DNA of 64,000 nucleotides, from contig NW_003314276.1 of assembly GCF_000143415.4 (NCBI RefSeq), positions 707,630 through 771,629 of the forward strand, read 5' to 3'. The position numbers and the translations under genes were made by a program. Below the pieces are notes generated by a model. The model worked only from the letters and a program-made list of their open reading frames with translations, was not told where the DNA came from and did no database searches. Each line of letters opens with the position of its first letter. Position 1 is the first letter of the stretch. Of this stretch, positions 1-14,066 are shown piece after piece. This DNA comes from Selaginella moellendorffii. Its lineage: Eukaryota; Plantae; Lycopodiophyta.

Positions 1-2946
1 GTAAAGGTCTCACTTGGTCCTTGTGAAGCGGATCTTCAAAGTACGGCTTGAGTAGGTTCACATGGAACACCTCTCTCGAGGAAGTCGGAGGTGGTAAGCC
101 ACTTTACCGATTGGTGCCTTAATCTCGTAAGACCCTGCGAACTTGCTTAAGGAACTCAAGATCAGTTCATTTCTGGGAATACATAACTTCCGGCTGATCC
201 CACTTGGTAGCCTTAGATTTTTGGTGTTCAGCCACACCTTCTCCCTAGGTTGGAACTCTATGTCCCGGCGCTTCTAGTTGGCATACTTAATTTGCCTTTG
301 TTGAGCCCGTTCCAAGGGATCCCTCACTAAATTCCAAATGTTGAGCCTTTTCACCATGAATACCTCCACTACGGGTAACTCTCCATGATACTCGGCTACG
401 CTGAGTTCCACAGGACCTTTAATAGCTCACCCATTGATGATTTCCCATGGACTCACCTCGATACTCGAGTGTGGTGAATTGTTATACCACATTTCCACAA
501 GTCCCAAATGACTTACCCAATCGGTCTGGTCTCCTAAGACATAGCATTGCAAATAATCCTCCAGCTGCCTATTCACCCTTTCCGTTTGTCCATTTGTTAA
601 GAAGTGTTAATGCCATCAAACTTGACTTAATACCCAATACCTATTTGTGGGTGATAGGTTGTGCTTAATTTCAACTTGGTGCGATATTGTTCCAAGAGAG
701 TTCTCCAGAACTTACTGGTGAAGATCTTATCTCGATCTAAGATGATCTCTTTTGGCCTTTTCCGCACTCGAACCACCTATTCAAAGAACAGCTTTGCCAC
801 ACCTTCTGCATCCACATCCGTTGTGGTGGGTATGAAATGTGCCATCTTCGAAAATCGGTCTACCACCACGAATATCGCATCGAACCCCTCACTTGGGGGG
901 AGTCCCGTGATGAAGTCCATAGTAAGACATTTCCACGGGTGATTTGGATTTGGGATGCTTTGTAACAAGCCCCCACTAGCCTTAGTCACGGCTTTAACCT
1001 ACTGACATGTTGGACATGTCTTTACATAGTCTTGGATGTCCTTAGCCATATTTGGCTAGTGATATTTCCTCTTGAGTAAGCCCATCGTATTGGGCACTCC
1101 ACCATGCCCCGCAAGAGGTCCGTCATGACACTCTTCTAAGGCTACCTTCTTTAGTTCCCCTTCTGGAATATACATCCTTGTCTATTTATAATAGATGAGT
1201 CCATTGTGTTCCGTATAGCTTGTTTTCTCTTCCGTTGGCAGCTCACCTCTTTGGTGAGCTTCCCGTGCCTCTCGGTTCCTTAGCAACACTTCTTGTGCTA
1301 GACTATCATTCTCATATACTGTCCGCACATCATCCCAAAAGGTTGCTGTCGTGCTGGATATTGCCAACTTTAAGTTTGCTTTTCGACTTAGAGCATCTGC
1401 CATGATATTGCTCTTCCCAGGCTTGTATAGAATCTCGCAATCAAACTCGGCCAAAGCATTGGCCCACCGACCTTGTTTCCCTCTTAGGTCGGGCTGTGAT
1501 AAGAAGGGTTTTATTGCCACATTGTCTGTGTAAACTTTGAAGTGCCTCCCAAGGTAGTGTCACCACTCCTTGAGTGCCTTGACCACCGCAAATAATTCCT
1601 TCCCATGGGTAGGCCACTTTCGCTGAGCCTTGTCCAACTTCTTCAAGAAGAATTTCACTGGGTGGTTGTTTTGTTTCAAAACTGCGCCCAATGCAAAGTC
1701 TGAAGCATTCGTTTCTACCTCAAAGGCTTTACCAAAGTTGGGTAACACTAACATGGGGGTCTTCCTCAACTTCCATTTTAGATGGACAAATGCACCTCAC
1801 ATTTTGCTATTCATACCATCTTCCCCTTACTCGTTTGGTTTGTTAAGGGTAGGGCTACTTTCAAATAGTGTTTGATAAACTTTTGATAGTAGTTGCATAG
1901 CCCCAAGAATGCCCTCAACTTATGTACATTTGATGGTCGCTCCCATTTTCTAGATCGCTTGGACCTTCTCAGGGTCCACTTTGAGCCCATCCTTGCCCAC
2001 CACATGCCCAAGAAACTTTACCTCATGTTGAGCAAAGTCACATTTGCTCTCTTTATTATACAACTTGTGTTCCCTTAGTTTCTCAAACACCTTCGTCAAG
2101 TGTTTGGCATGCTCCTCTAGCGTCTCACTATAGATTAGGATGTTGTCAATATAAACGACCACAAAGTGATCTAGATAGGGTACAAAAATGTGGTTCATTA
2201 GTGCCGAAAATGCTACCAGTGCATTGCACAGCCCAAAGGGCATCACCAGAAACTCGAAGCTTCCATACCTTGTTTGACAGGTTGTCTTCTCGACATCTTC
2301 CTTTGCTACCCTGATCTAGTAGTATCCTGACCTTAGGTCAATCCTCGAGAAGTATTTTGCATTTCCCAACCTATCAAACAGGTCCTCAATCTTTGGTAAA
2401 GGGTACTTATGTTTCTTTGTATACTTGTTGAGCAACCGGTAGTCTATGCATATGCGTATACATCTATTTTTCTTTTTCACAATAACACCGGTGCCCCATA
2501 CGGCAACTTACTCAACCTAACATACCCTTTATCCACCAACTCTTTTAGTTGGCACTTGAGCTCCTTGAGTTCCTTTTCGTTCAAACGATAGGGGGGATGA
2601 ACCACCACCTTAGCACCCTCGACTAGTTCAATCTTGTGTTCTATCGGTCATGCAGGGGGCAACCCTGCTGGTATCTCCTCTGGCATGGTATCCTGGAATT
2701 GGTCCAACACCTGCTAGATCACTAAAGGTACTTTTTTCGTTCCCTTCTTTTTGTCATTCTTCCCCAAGAGTAAGCAAAAAAATGCTGCCTTGGTTCCTTT
2801 AGTGAGTTGTCCTCTCGTGGACACCAAGTTTAAGCAGAAGTCTTTGGCTTTACATTGCCCTACCTTTAGATTTTGGGCCTCCACCCTAGATCGTTCTCCC
2901 CGGGCATTCACCAATACCACAAGGTTCTTCCCTTGTCCATGCAAGG

Positions 2947-3624
2947 TGTAAGCAACCAAAGAGAACGACTTGAGAGACGATCCATTGGGTTCAAATATAG
3001 AGGGAAAGGGCCCATGAACAAGAGTGCACCCCCTTTTCCAATCGGTTAAGGGTCTTGGGATATTTGGGGTTAAGCGTCCTTGGGTTTGAATAGTACTGGG
3101 CTGGGTGACCTCCCGAGAAGTCCAAACTCAGGAGCTTACATTTGGTATCAGAGCCGTCTCGGGTCTGACTCTGTTGGTTGGCTAAGGGAATCACACCACA
3201 TGTTGATTGACATCTGGCTGGTCCAATTTGCTCCTGCTAGGCTCGACCCGAGGGGTAGGGTGTCAAGAGAGCGGGGCTCTCAGGAGAGCTGCGGCTCTCA
3301 GCTTCCGTTCACGAGGGCGTGAACTTGCAGGGAAGCGTGGTAGATTGTAAGCAACCAAAGGCTCTCAGGAGAGCTGCGGCTCTCAGCTTCCGTTCACGAG
3401 GGCGTGAACTTGCAGGGAAGCGTGGTAGATTGTAAGCAACCAAAGGGAACGACTTGAGAGACGATCCATTGGGTTCAAATATAGAGGGAAAGGGCCCATG
3501 AACAAGAATGCACCCCCTTTTCCAATCGGTTAAGGGTCTTGGGATATTTGGGGTTAAGCGTCCTTGGGTTTGAATAGTACTGGGCTGGGAGACCTCCCGA
3601 GAAGTCCAAACTCAGGAGCTTACA
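2947..3624 (+). mobile_element. Cassandra-like TRIM inserted in the protease region of gypsy copy A
   Basis: 194-bp LTRs 2947-3140 and 3431-3624 (TGTAAG...CTTACA), PBS TTTGGTATCAGAGC at 3141, short non-coding interior, 5-bp TSD CAAGG (2942-2946/3625-3629), 5S rRNA-like segment in each LTR. Confidence 0.9.
3068..3123 (+). promoter_or_regulatory. 5S rRNA-derived Pol III internal control region (A-box/IE/C-box) in the TRIM 5' LTR; second copy ~3552-3607
   Basis: GGTTAAGCGTCCTTGGGTTTGAATAGTACTGGGCTGGGTGACCTCCCGAGAAGTCC resembles plant 5S GTTAAGCGTGCTTGGGCGAGAGTAGTACTAGGATGGGTGACCTCCTGGGAAGTCC. Confidence 0.8.
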
Positions 3625-5235
3625 CAAGGTTACTACGAATCAATTGAACCAGTTCATCCCAAAGATTACGTCAAATCCCGCCATATCCAACACAGTGAAA
3701 TCCATATCTACTTTCCATGTCCCTACTTCGACTCTCGCTTGTCGAAGTATCTCATCGATGCTTTGGCTACCTTGAACAAACTCTATCGTCCTTGGTTCAC
3801 TCAGCTGCTGCACTATTAGTCTGGCTTGTTATACTATGTCTGCAGCCACAAAATTATCCGAAGCACCCGTGTCAATAAGGATCTCAACAAAGCGACATTC
3901 GAGCTTCCCTCGGAGGGCTAGTAGATATCACGAACGACTCTTTACCAAAGTTACTCGTGTAATGAGTAACTTTGAGCTAGGGACTAGGTCACATACCTCA
4001 GTTTAGATTTCACCCGATTTAATGGCTATATTAGCTCTAGCCTTCTTCGGGTAAGGACATTCCCTCGAAAAGTGTCCCGCTTCACTGCAATTGTAACATA
4101 TATTATTTCCCACACTGCTAACTGACTTAACCTTTTTATCCGTGGGTTTGTCTCTTTTTGCTTGACGCCCCCACATACTTGCTTGCTAACCACTAGATTT
4201 GCCTTTCCGGAACCCCGAGGACTCATTCTTAGAGAAATTCTTCTTGAATTTCCTTTTGCTATATGTTCCCCTTCGTTTGGCCCCTTTGCTAAATGTGGAC
4301 CCCAACCCCGTCATGTTCCCCTTTCACAGGTTATCGTTGAAATGCACTTTGATGGCCACATCCAACGCTTCCTTGTAGTTGGTCGGGTTCCAACGCATCA
4401 CCTCATCGCGAGCCCAGGTTTTCAAGCCTGATATGAAGGCATGGAACACATCCATATCCCCCATGTTCGTGACAAGTATCCTCTTTGCCATAAACCCATT
4501 CACATACTCTTGAATGGTTCCAATTTGCTTCAACCTACTCGTCTCTTAGATGTAAAGTAGCATTTGGAAGAACGTAAGTCACACGGATCCTTGCCTTCAT
4601 CATTTCCCAAGTGGCCACCAGTCCTTCGTTAGCCTCTGTCATTCTCCACAAAGATTTGGCATTATCTGCCAAATATGGTTTTGCACATGGGACCTTCTCC
4701 GAGCTCGGTAACTGCAACGCTCAAAAGTAGTCCTCCATATCGTAAAATCAATCCTCCACCACCTTATAGTCATTCACTCCCTTAAAGACCGGTGGGGGCT
4801 TTGGTTTGTACTTGGGAATTGCCTGAGGGATTGATTCCACTTCAGTCTGTTCGACCTTGTTTGGTTTTGCCTCAGTCCCTTTCGAAGGGTTCGCACCTTC
4901 TACGCTACCAGCATCCATAGTCTTTTGCCTTTTCTTCTGCTTCTTGTTATGCTTTAGCTTGAGTATGAGAGTCTCTAGCAGGGCATTGGTCTGTGCCAAT
5001 TGTCCTTCTAGAACGTCCAATCAAGCCTTGGACGACCGAACCTCACCACCGGACTTTTGTTTGGAAGTTTCCTCACTAAAGTGCTCTTCATGCAAGGATT
5101 CCTCATCCATAGCCTCTTGTTCGACCGGAGGCTCCAGCTCTGGAGGAGGTTCTGTCTTTGCCTTGGTTTGTTTCCCCCCTGCCTTTGCCATCTCCCATCA
5201 ATCCGTTTCTATCCTTCACTAGAACTGAGAAAAAT

Positions 5236-5250
5236 GCTCTGATACCAAAT
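5236..5250 (-). other. Primer-binding site (tRNA-iMet type) of gypsy copy A
   Basis: Reverse complement reads ATTTGGTATCAGAGC, immediately inside the LTR end. Confidence 0.85.
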
Positions 5251-5645
5251 TGTAAACCACAAATTTTTCCTTTTCAATTTGCCAACTTACCTCATCTATC
5301 TGACTAACACTGCCTTGGCATTTGTTAAGTTCCCTCGCCCAGGTTCCCGCCTATTGTACTGACTCCTACTTGGTCCTACTTGGTTTCAGCTATTCACTAT
5401 ACGAGCAACAGAGCGTTAGCCATCTATCCACGGATTCCCAAATCTCTCCCAATGCCCCTCCTCGGGTTAGACTCGACTTAAGGTTCAGTTACACTCCCTG
5501 TAGGCACAAGCAACCAAGCACACCAAGCCTCCAGGTTCTTAACATCCTTTGGTACAACAAGACTTGATCATGGGACCCTCTAAATCCCAAGCCTTGGGGG
5601 TGTAACACTTGCTTTGGGAGACTGGGGTGAAACATCGTGGCACAG
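5251..5645 (-). repeat. Truncated 5' LTR of gypsy copy A
   Basis: Reverse complement of the last ~400 bp of LTR 14067-15212. Confidence 0.85.
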
Positions 5646-6011
5646 CGGCAATGTCAAGGGCCAATGCCTTATACAGATGTCATTGAAGGCCGATCAAAGG
5701 AGAATCCACAAAGATTGGTGGATCCAAAACTCCCAAAAGATGGAAATGTGATCAATCTCAGCAAGTGATTAAGGAAAATTCAAAATGTAAGTTAATCTTT
5801 ACTTAAATTTCTTATAATAAAATGTAAAGCCTAGCAAACATATCTCTGAGATGGATGCTGCTATATAGAAAGAGATTAAGCTCAAAAGGAAAGTTTTAGA
5901 ACTCTAAGTCAAAAGGTTTGTTAAAGTTTTAGATTTGTTCTTATTATTGTTCTTCTAAAAAAAAGAATAGAAGCTATGGAGAATAGTGAACTTTAGGTGC
6001 AAAAGCTACAC

Positions 6012-9000
6012 TGTAAGCCACAAGATTTTCCTTTCCAATTTGTCAACTTACCTCATTTATCCGACCAACCCTGCTTTGGCTTTAGTTTAGTTCCCTTGCC
6101 AAGGTTCCTACCATTATACCAGCTCTTACTTGGTCCTACTTGGTTTCATCTATTCACTGCACAAGCAATAGAGCGTTAGCCATCCATCCACAGATTCCCC
6201 AAATCTCTCCCAATCCCCACTCCTTGGGTTAGATAGGACTTAAAGTTTGGCTACACTCCTAGCAAGCATAAGCAGCCAAGCACACCAAGCTTTTAGGTTT
6301 CTAACATCCCTTGGTACAATAAGACTTGATTATGGGACTCTCTAAATCCGAAGCCTTGGGTGCAACACTTACTTCTGGACACCGGGGGGAAACACTGTGG
6401 CCTAACAGCCCGATATGGGTACCTCTACTCCCCCACCTCCATCCCAAAGGAAGGCCCAAGCCCCTTGGAAGGGGCAAGGACCAATGAGCCGCAAGGTATT
6501 CAAGTGGGGCACCACTTTGTGAGACACAAAATCCCTAAGCCTCAAAGTGGAGCCGGAAAGGCACCATGTGGTAATGGCCAAAGCGAAAGCCAAACGAGTG
6601 TAACACGTTTGGACTAAAAGCTCCAACTTAAAAGGTCAAGAGCAGGAGTGGAACTCCCAACAAAGTGCTCGAGGAACAAGCACGAAGCGAGCAATAAGCG
6701 AGGCTCCAAAAAGGGACCCAAAAAGACCAACACATGATATGTGGAAGTGTCTGACATGGAGTCCAAGATGGACCCGAGATGGAATCTGAGATGGAATCCG
6801 AGATGGAGTCCGAGATGGACTTGAGATGGAGTCCGAGAAGGACCCGAGATGGAGTCCGAGATGGACCGAGACGGAGTCTGAGATGGAGTCTGAGATGGAC
6901 CCGAGATGGAGTCTGAGATGGACCCGAGATGGAGTCCGAGGTCGAGACCGAGACCGGGACCGAGACTGGGACCGAGACCGGGACCGGGACCGAGATTGGG
7001 ACCGAGACCGGGACCGGGACCAAGACTGGGACCGAGACCGAGATCGAGATCGGGACCGAGACCGAGACCGAGGCCGAGTCCGAGTCTGAGTTCGAGTCCG
7101 AGTCTGAGTCCGAGTTTGATTCTGAGAGGGTGAAAGCCCGAAGTGTTCGTCTCCCAGACCCTGGGGGGTTTGGTGAGCTCCAAAAGTATAGTAAGGGGGA
7201 GGACTGCAGTGGAGTCCTCCCGTGGGGCCAATGGTGTGGAGACACCAAATGTGCCAAAGTGTGATACCTTGAGGTTATGTTAGTGGGTTCATAACAACCC
7301 CTTGCCAAAGGGAATCTCAACGGAAATGGGAATGGCATAACCTAAGCTGAAAGGCATGTGGTATAGTGTGGTGACCAAAACAATGATGGAGGTGTGGAAG
7401 CACCAGAAATGAGTTATAGGACTTGACAATTATGAGGCAACTAAGCAAAAGGTGCAAGATAATCTGTTAAACTGGTAGAAGGTAACTACCCAAGACTTCT
7501 TAATGGCATAAGGAAGTTAGATATACCTTTATAGGGAATAAATTGTTTATGTTGTGATATAGTAAGTCAATGTTGAAAAGGGGAATACTCATTGTCAAAG
7601 AGGCCATCATTGGGACACCCAAACACTCTAGAACACCCGGAGGTGGTGTTTGATGTCGCGAGGGCAATAGATAAGTCCCAAGGGACTAAGTCCCTAGCGA
7701 ATGATGGATAGAAGGTGCTATTCAAATGTCCAAGGTTGCAAAGACGGAAGAAGTCCGTCTATTCGAATCGGATAAAGCCAAAAATGGAATTTTGGCAAGG
7801 CTAGTGATAGGCATATAAAGGCCCATATGTAGCAATGTTAATCCTGGTGTGTAGGATTATAAGGTGAGCATACCGAGATTGAGGAACCACTCTCTAAGCT
7901 GTCGGGTAGGTTCATCCCTAAGAATACTTGCTAAGGCATGGTAGAAGGTGCAAAGCTATCCTCCTAGTTTGGAGACGAATAACCGAAGGAAATGTGTGAG
8001 GCCAAAAACAAGTAGTAAGGGGATAGAACCAAACCATAGGAATCAAAGAGCATAACCAAGGGTGGTTATGTCAGTTGGGAGTGGAGAATCAAGTGGGCAC
8101 TCGAGTATATTGTTATTAGCAACCGTGATGTTATGAAGAGTCTAAAGCATGGAATTGTCCATGCTAGATCATATAGCAATTGGAAAGCTTGCGAAAGGAG
8201 AGGCCTTAACAAGCTAAAGGACAAAGTTCCTTCAAGTTCCCAAAGACGATTCTAGGTAGTTTAGTACCTAGAAAGGCCAAGTGTAAATGGTTCCTAGAGC
8301 GTGCAAAATCGAAGTGGTGCAACAGAAGCGTGGTCTTGAAGCTAGCCATGAGGCAAAGCTATCAAGGCTGGGGAAGTAGTTCCCAAGTGTTCAAAGAGAG
8401 GGCTTTGAACAAAAGTCGATGGTTAAGAACTTTCACGCTTATGCATGACGGATGAATTGCTAAATAAGATTGGCAAGTCAGGGGGACAAATCCCCTAGTT
8501 GAAGGTGCTAACTTCAAAAAGGGTGGCCCATGGGGCCGAGCATGGAGGAGTCCATGCATGATCATAGACTTGTCAAGTGAGAGGACTTGGTAGTGCGGGG
8601 GAACTAGGTTCCTAAGCTGTGATTTATAGCGCGCTTTAAGTACATGTTAGTGCACCGGCGTGGGGAGTCACGCCAAGCATCCGGTGTGATGCCATCTGAA
8701 GATGCATATACGGAGGTTGGGTTTGAGTCCCGACCCTCTAGTGCTTGGGTTCGAGTCTCAAATCACTAGGGCGTGGTGATGGTTTGGAATATGAGGACAC
8801 TCATATTTCGGTGGTCATGGACTCTCAATGAGGAGATTGGCTTGGGCACACCGCTAAACGGGGGATTCCTCGGAGTCGTGATACACTATTAGATTGCTTA
8901 GTGTGAAAGCTCGGCATATTTAACTTGAACACTTTGGTGCAAAAGGCACCAAGGACGTGGTGAATGAGATAGGGACACCCAGCCTCAGTTGCTATGGACC

Positions 9001-12000
9001 CTTGGCCGGATGGGCTGGCTTGGGTGCACCGCCAAGTGTGGGGGATGCCCCCAGGGTCATGGTGAACAACTTAAAGGTCTAGAAGACTTAGTACTTATTG
9101 GCAAACCTATTAAGGTGCCAAGGTTAGATCACTAGGTGATCTTATAGCCAAAACAAGGACAAGGTCCTTGTGAGGGTAATGGATAAAGTTCCAAATTCAA
9201 AATGTTGATTGGAACTATTGATGATGGTGTGGCTTGGTCAAGGTGACTAAGTGGGAAGGACACCTAAGGGAAATGAGATATGTCAATGCGATGGCATAGT
9301 GAGTCTGAGGAAAGTAGTCTCTATAAAAGACCCATGGGAGGGTCACAAAGTTGGGCCGTGGATAGAGCCCATAGCAGAAGATGCTAAAGAGACATACACC
9401 CTCCGGACTTGGCAAAGGAGAGTCTTTGCTATGGAACTAAAAGGATACCTCGAAAATGGAGATAGCGATCCTATGTTGCTGAGCGCAACAATCAAGGATA
9501 GGAGCAAAAGACTAATGGCTAAGTAAAGAGCCATGGGAATCCCGGGAAAGAATTCAAATGGCAAAGTTAGGCCAAGAACAAAAAGGTGTTGGGGGCTAAT
9601 GGATTGTGGGAAAAGCAATGTGTTTCCAAGGATGGATTCCTAATTGCTCCAATTTGGCGAAAGTGGAAGCTCCAAGGGTGGGAGCGATAAGGTAGCTTAA
9701 TGATAGGGCTGTGGACAGCCCTAGCACAAAATATGATAACTAGAACTTAGTGCCAAAGGCCGCACAAAATGGGAAAGAGGATGATGGTGCCCTCAAATAG
9801 AGAACTTCCAAAGATGGGAAGTGGGGTTGTGCAATATGTGCAATGCAAGGTGTCGGAGACACTTAGGAAATTGACTCTGACAAGTCAAATTTAAAAGTTC
9901 CAGAGTGCAAGTGTATATCAATGGGAACTGAGGCTACTCAGGAGTGAGTAGTGGGATTGAGATAGAGGAAGTGCTTCTAACGGGTTTAACAAGAACTAAA
10001 CCAATGAAAGGGAAAGAACCACCATAGGTGATTGATCGAGTCTCTATGTCAGAGAGGTTATGCACCTTAGAGGATGGAGAAGGCATGGTGAGCCTTCAGT
10101 GTCATACCATTGACAAATATTGGCTAGGTGCTAAAGATGGAAAGGGTAATACATGTTGATGTTACTTTATATAAATGGTTTACCATTCAATGAGGACATC
10201 GAACTTCGTCTATGGGTGGTGGAGTTGTGAGACACAAAATCCCTAAGCCCCAAAGTGGAGCCAGAAGGGCGCCACGTGGTAGTGGCCGAAGCAAAAGCCA
10301 AACGAGCATAACACGTTTGGACTAAAAGCTCCAACTTGAAAGGTCGAGAGTGGGAGTGGAACTCCCAACAAAGTGCTCGAGGAACAAGTATGAAGCGAGC
10401 AATAAGCGAGGCTCCAAAAAGGGACCCAAAAGGATCAACACATGACACGTGGAAGTGTCCAAGATGGAGTCCAAGATGGAATCCGAGATGGACCCGAGAT
10501 GGAATCCGAGATGGAGTCCGAGAAGGACCCGAGATGGAGTCCGAGATGGACCGAGACGGAGTCTGAGATGGAGTCTGAGATGGACCCGAGATGGAGTCCG
10601 AGATGGACCCGAGATGGAGTCTGAGGTTGAGACCGAGACCGGGACCAAGACTGGGACCGAGATTGGGACCGGGACCAAGACCGGGACCGAGACCGAGATC
10701 GAGACCGAGACCGAGGCCGAGTCCGAGTCTGAGTCCGAGTCCGAGTCCGAGTCCGAGTTCAATTCTGAGAGGGTGAAAGCCCGAAGTGTTCATCTCCCAG
10801 ACCCTAGGGGGTTTGGTGAGCTCCAAAAGTATAGTAAGGGGGAGGACTGCAGTGGAGCCAATTTAACCAAGAAAGGCTAGTTTGGCCCAGGAAGGCTGTA
10901 CCTAGTATTGGGTGATGAGATGCCCACTGGGAAGTCCAAGACTAGAGTGAACACGGACCGACAAGCGGGGTAGCTTGGTGAAGTGTTCAAGAGCCGGCTC
11001 TAGTTCCCCCAAGAGATCATCTGGCCGATGCTCCCAATCCAAGTGTGGGTGGCACTACCTACTTGGATACCAGGCGTGGCTCAACGAAACCTCGCTGTAA
11101 GCCCATAGCTAGAGCACCTAAAGATGGAAAGCGGAAAGAGTACCCACGAGGCTCACGTAAGGCCATGGTGTTCCGAAATGTTGTCTCAAAGGCCCAGATT
11201 GTGGAAAGGAAGAGGAGTAGTCCTTTGGTGTAGTGACCAAGGATACAGTTGGGTGTTGAGGTAGTCCCAGAGGACCGTGGGACTTGGTGGTCAAGCCTGT
11301 GGGCCTCGACCTAGTGGTAGTAATGGTGAACACGGCCATGAGCAGAAAGGGACTTGGTGGGGACTGGAAAAGGGATATTGGGGAAAGCTATTCCCCATGT
11401 CTGTGGGCATCTTAAGGATGCTAAGGAGTGGATTTGGGATGATCACTCATGAACGGATGGCCCAGTCTTTGAGAGATGGGACTATGATGGAGGTGGTGTC
11501 AGACCACTGGTGTGACCAAGGTGAATGGGCATGGCCTTAGCGTAATGGGCTGATATGTTAGTGGTACCTTGTGGTGTCAGTCATGGGATCAGACACATGG
11601 AGCACTTGGACCAAGTGCAAAGGTTGAGTGGTGGGGATGCCATTCTCGGGGCTAGTAAGCCCAAGTCTGAAATAGGACTTATGGAGGTTGTGAGTGAGAC
11701 TCCTCCAAGTGGTCGGAGGTGTGGTTAAGTGACTAGAGTAGAATGGAAAAATTAGTCGCTTACACACTCCACATGAGTCGAGAGCACCGAAGTCAGTTTC
11801 CCTTTCGGGAGTGGGAGCTGCTCTTGAGCACTTCCTTGGGTGGCTCCTCCGGCACCACCCCGAGTCCATGCTCACTCCCACCCAAGGCCCCTTGTCCCAG
11901 TCCCAACCTCAAGTCAGTTTGGAAGCACCACTGGAGAGTTCCTTCAAGACTAGTTACTAGACCTCACTATCCCTACTATACTTTTGGAACCCCCTGTAGC

Positions 12001-12394
12001 CCCCCTGGGAGACGCACACTTTGGGCTTTCACCCCTTGACCTATATTAGTACTCGAACTCGGTCTCGGACTCGATCTCGGACTTGATCTCGGACCCGACC
12101 TTAGACTCGGTCTCGGACTCAACCTCGGACCTGATCTTGGACTCAACCTCGGACTTGGTCTCGGATCCGTTCTTGGATCTCAGACTCGGTCTTGAACTCG
12201 GTTATGAACTCGGTCTTGAACTCAGTCTCGAAGTCGGCCTCGGACTCGATCTCGGACTCTGTCTCGAACTCGGTCTCAAAGTCGATCTTGGACTCGATCT
12301 CGAACTCAGTCCCATCCGATGAACTCTTTATCATTTTAGTTGTGCTTTCGAGGATCCTTTAGCCTACGACACCTCAAGGAGTTGGTTCCTTACA
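6012..12394 (-). repeat. Gypsy-family LTR (minus strand), split by LARD insertion 6458-11764
   Basis: 6012-6457 and 11770-12394 join into the reverse complement of the 14067-15212 LTR type. Confidence 0.85.
6458..11764 (+). mobile_element. Non-autonomous LARD-like LTR element, copy 1 (internally deleted)
   Basis: Partial 5' LTR 6458-~7214, non-coding interior homologous to 43725-46742, PPT GGGTGGTGGAGT, 3' LTR 10226-11764, TSD CACTT/CACTC. Confidence 0.85.
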
Positions 12395-14066
12395 CCCCTA
12401 TCGTTTGAATGAAAAGGAATTCGTGGAGCTCAAGTGCCAATTAGAATTGTTGGTGGACAAAGGGTATGTTAGGTTAAGTAGGTCGCTGTATAGGGCACCG
12501 GTGTTATTTATGAAAAAAAAAGATGGATCTATGTGCATGTGCATAGACTACCGGTTGCTCAACAAGTATACAAAGAAGAACAAGTACCCTTTACTAAGGA
12601 TTGAGGACATATTCGATAGGTTGGGAAAGGTAAAATACTTCTTGAGGATTGACCTAAGGTTAGGATACTACCAGATCAGGGTAGCAGAGGAAGATGTCAA
12701 GAAGACAACCTATCGAACAAGGTATAGAAGCTTTGCGTTTCCAGTGATGCCCTTTGGGCGTGTAATGCACCAGCAACATTTTCAACCACATCTTTGTACC
12801 CTATCTGGATCACTTTGTGGTCGTCTATATTGACAACATCCTGATCTATAGCAAGACGCTAGAAGAGCATGCCGAACACTTGATGAAGGTTTTTGAGAAA
12901 CTAAGGGAACACAAACTATATGATAAAGAGAGCAAATATGACTTTGCTCAATATGAGGTAAAGCTTCTCGGGCATGTGGTGGCCAAGGACAGGCTTAAGG
13001 TGGACCCTAAGAAGGTTCAAGCGATCCAGGAATGGGAGTGACCATTGAATATACATGAGTTGAAGGCGTTCTTGGGGCTATCCAACTACTATCGAAAGTT
13101 TATCAAACATTATTCGAGAGTATTGCTACCCTTAACAGATCAAAGAGAAGATGGTATGGACAGTGGAATGCGAGGTGGCATTTGTCCACCTTAAGGGGAA
13201 GTTGAGGAAGGCTCCCGTGTTGGCATTACCAGACTTTGGTAAAGACTTTGAGGTGGCAACGAATGCTTTAAACTTTGCGTTAGGTGCAGTTTTGAAGCAA
13301 AACAACCACCTAATGGCGTTCTTCTCGAAGAAGCTTGACAAAGCTCAACGAAAGTGGCCTACCCATGAGAAGGAATTATTTGCGGTGGTTAAGGCACTTA
13401 AGGAGTGGTGACACTACCTTAGGAGGCACTTCAAAGTTTACACGAACAATGTGGCAACAAAACCCTTTTTATCACAGCCCGACCTAAGAGGGAAACAAGG
13501 TCGGTGTGCCAATGCTTTGGCCGAGTTTAATTGCAAAATTCTATATAAACTTGGGAAGAGCAACATCGTGGCGGATGCTCTAAGTCGAAAGGCAAGTTTG
13601 AAGTTGGCGATATCTAGCGCGACAACAACTTTTTGGGATGATATGCAGACAGTATATGAGAATAATGGTCTAGCATAAGAAGTGTTGCTAAGGAATCAAG
13701 AGGTGTGGGATGCTCACCAGAGAGGTGAGATACCAATGGAAAAAAAGAGAGGTTATGCAGAACGCAATGGACTCATCTATTATAAGTAGACAAGGGTGTA
13801 TATTCCAGAAGGGGAACTAAGGAAGGTAGCCTTAAAAGAGTGTCATGATAGACGTTTTGCAAAACACGGCAGAGTGCCCAAGACAATAGATTTACTCAAG
13901 AGGAAATATCACTAGCTAGACATGGCTAAGGATGTCAAAGACTATGTAAAGACATATCCAACATATCAACAGGTCAAAGCCATGACTAAGGCTAGTGGAG
14001 GTTTGTTACAAAGCATCCCAATTCCAGGTTGACTGTGCAAATGTCTTACAATGGACTTCATCACGG
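12395..14066 (+). pseudogene. Degenerate gypsy pol (copy C, left part: RT, RNase H, integrase N-terminus)
   Basis: Fragmented RT and RNase H ORFs 12405-13678; continues at 33907 after the copy B insertion. Confidence 0.92.

Larger units (their letters stand above)
1..5191 (-). pseudogene. Degenerate Ty3/gypsy gag-pol (copy A), runs off window start
   Basis: Fragmented ORFs homologous to copy B: gag (KYKPKPPPVFKG), RT ([17 protein letters not shown]), RNase H, integrase ([13 protein letters not shown]). Many stops and frameshifts. ATG at 5191. Confidence 0.95.

Noticed and set aside
3068-3123. Genuine 5S rRNA gene
   Set aside because: Only the internal control region is similar, and it is embedded in paired LTRs with PBS and TSD.
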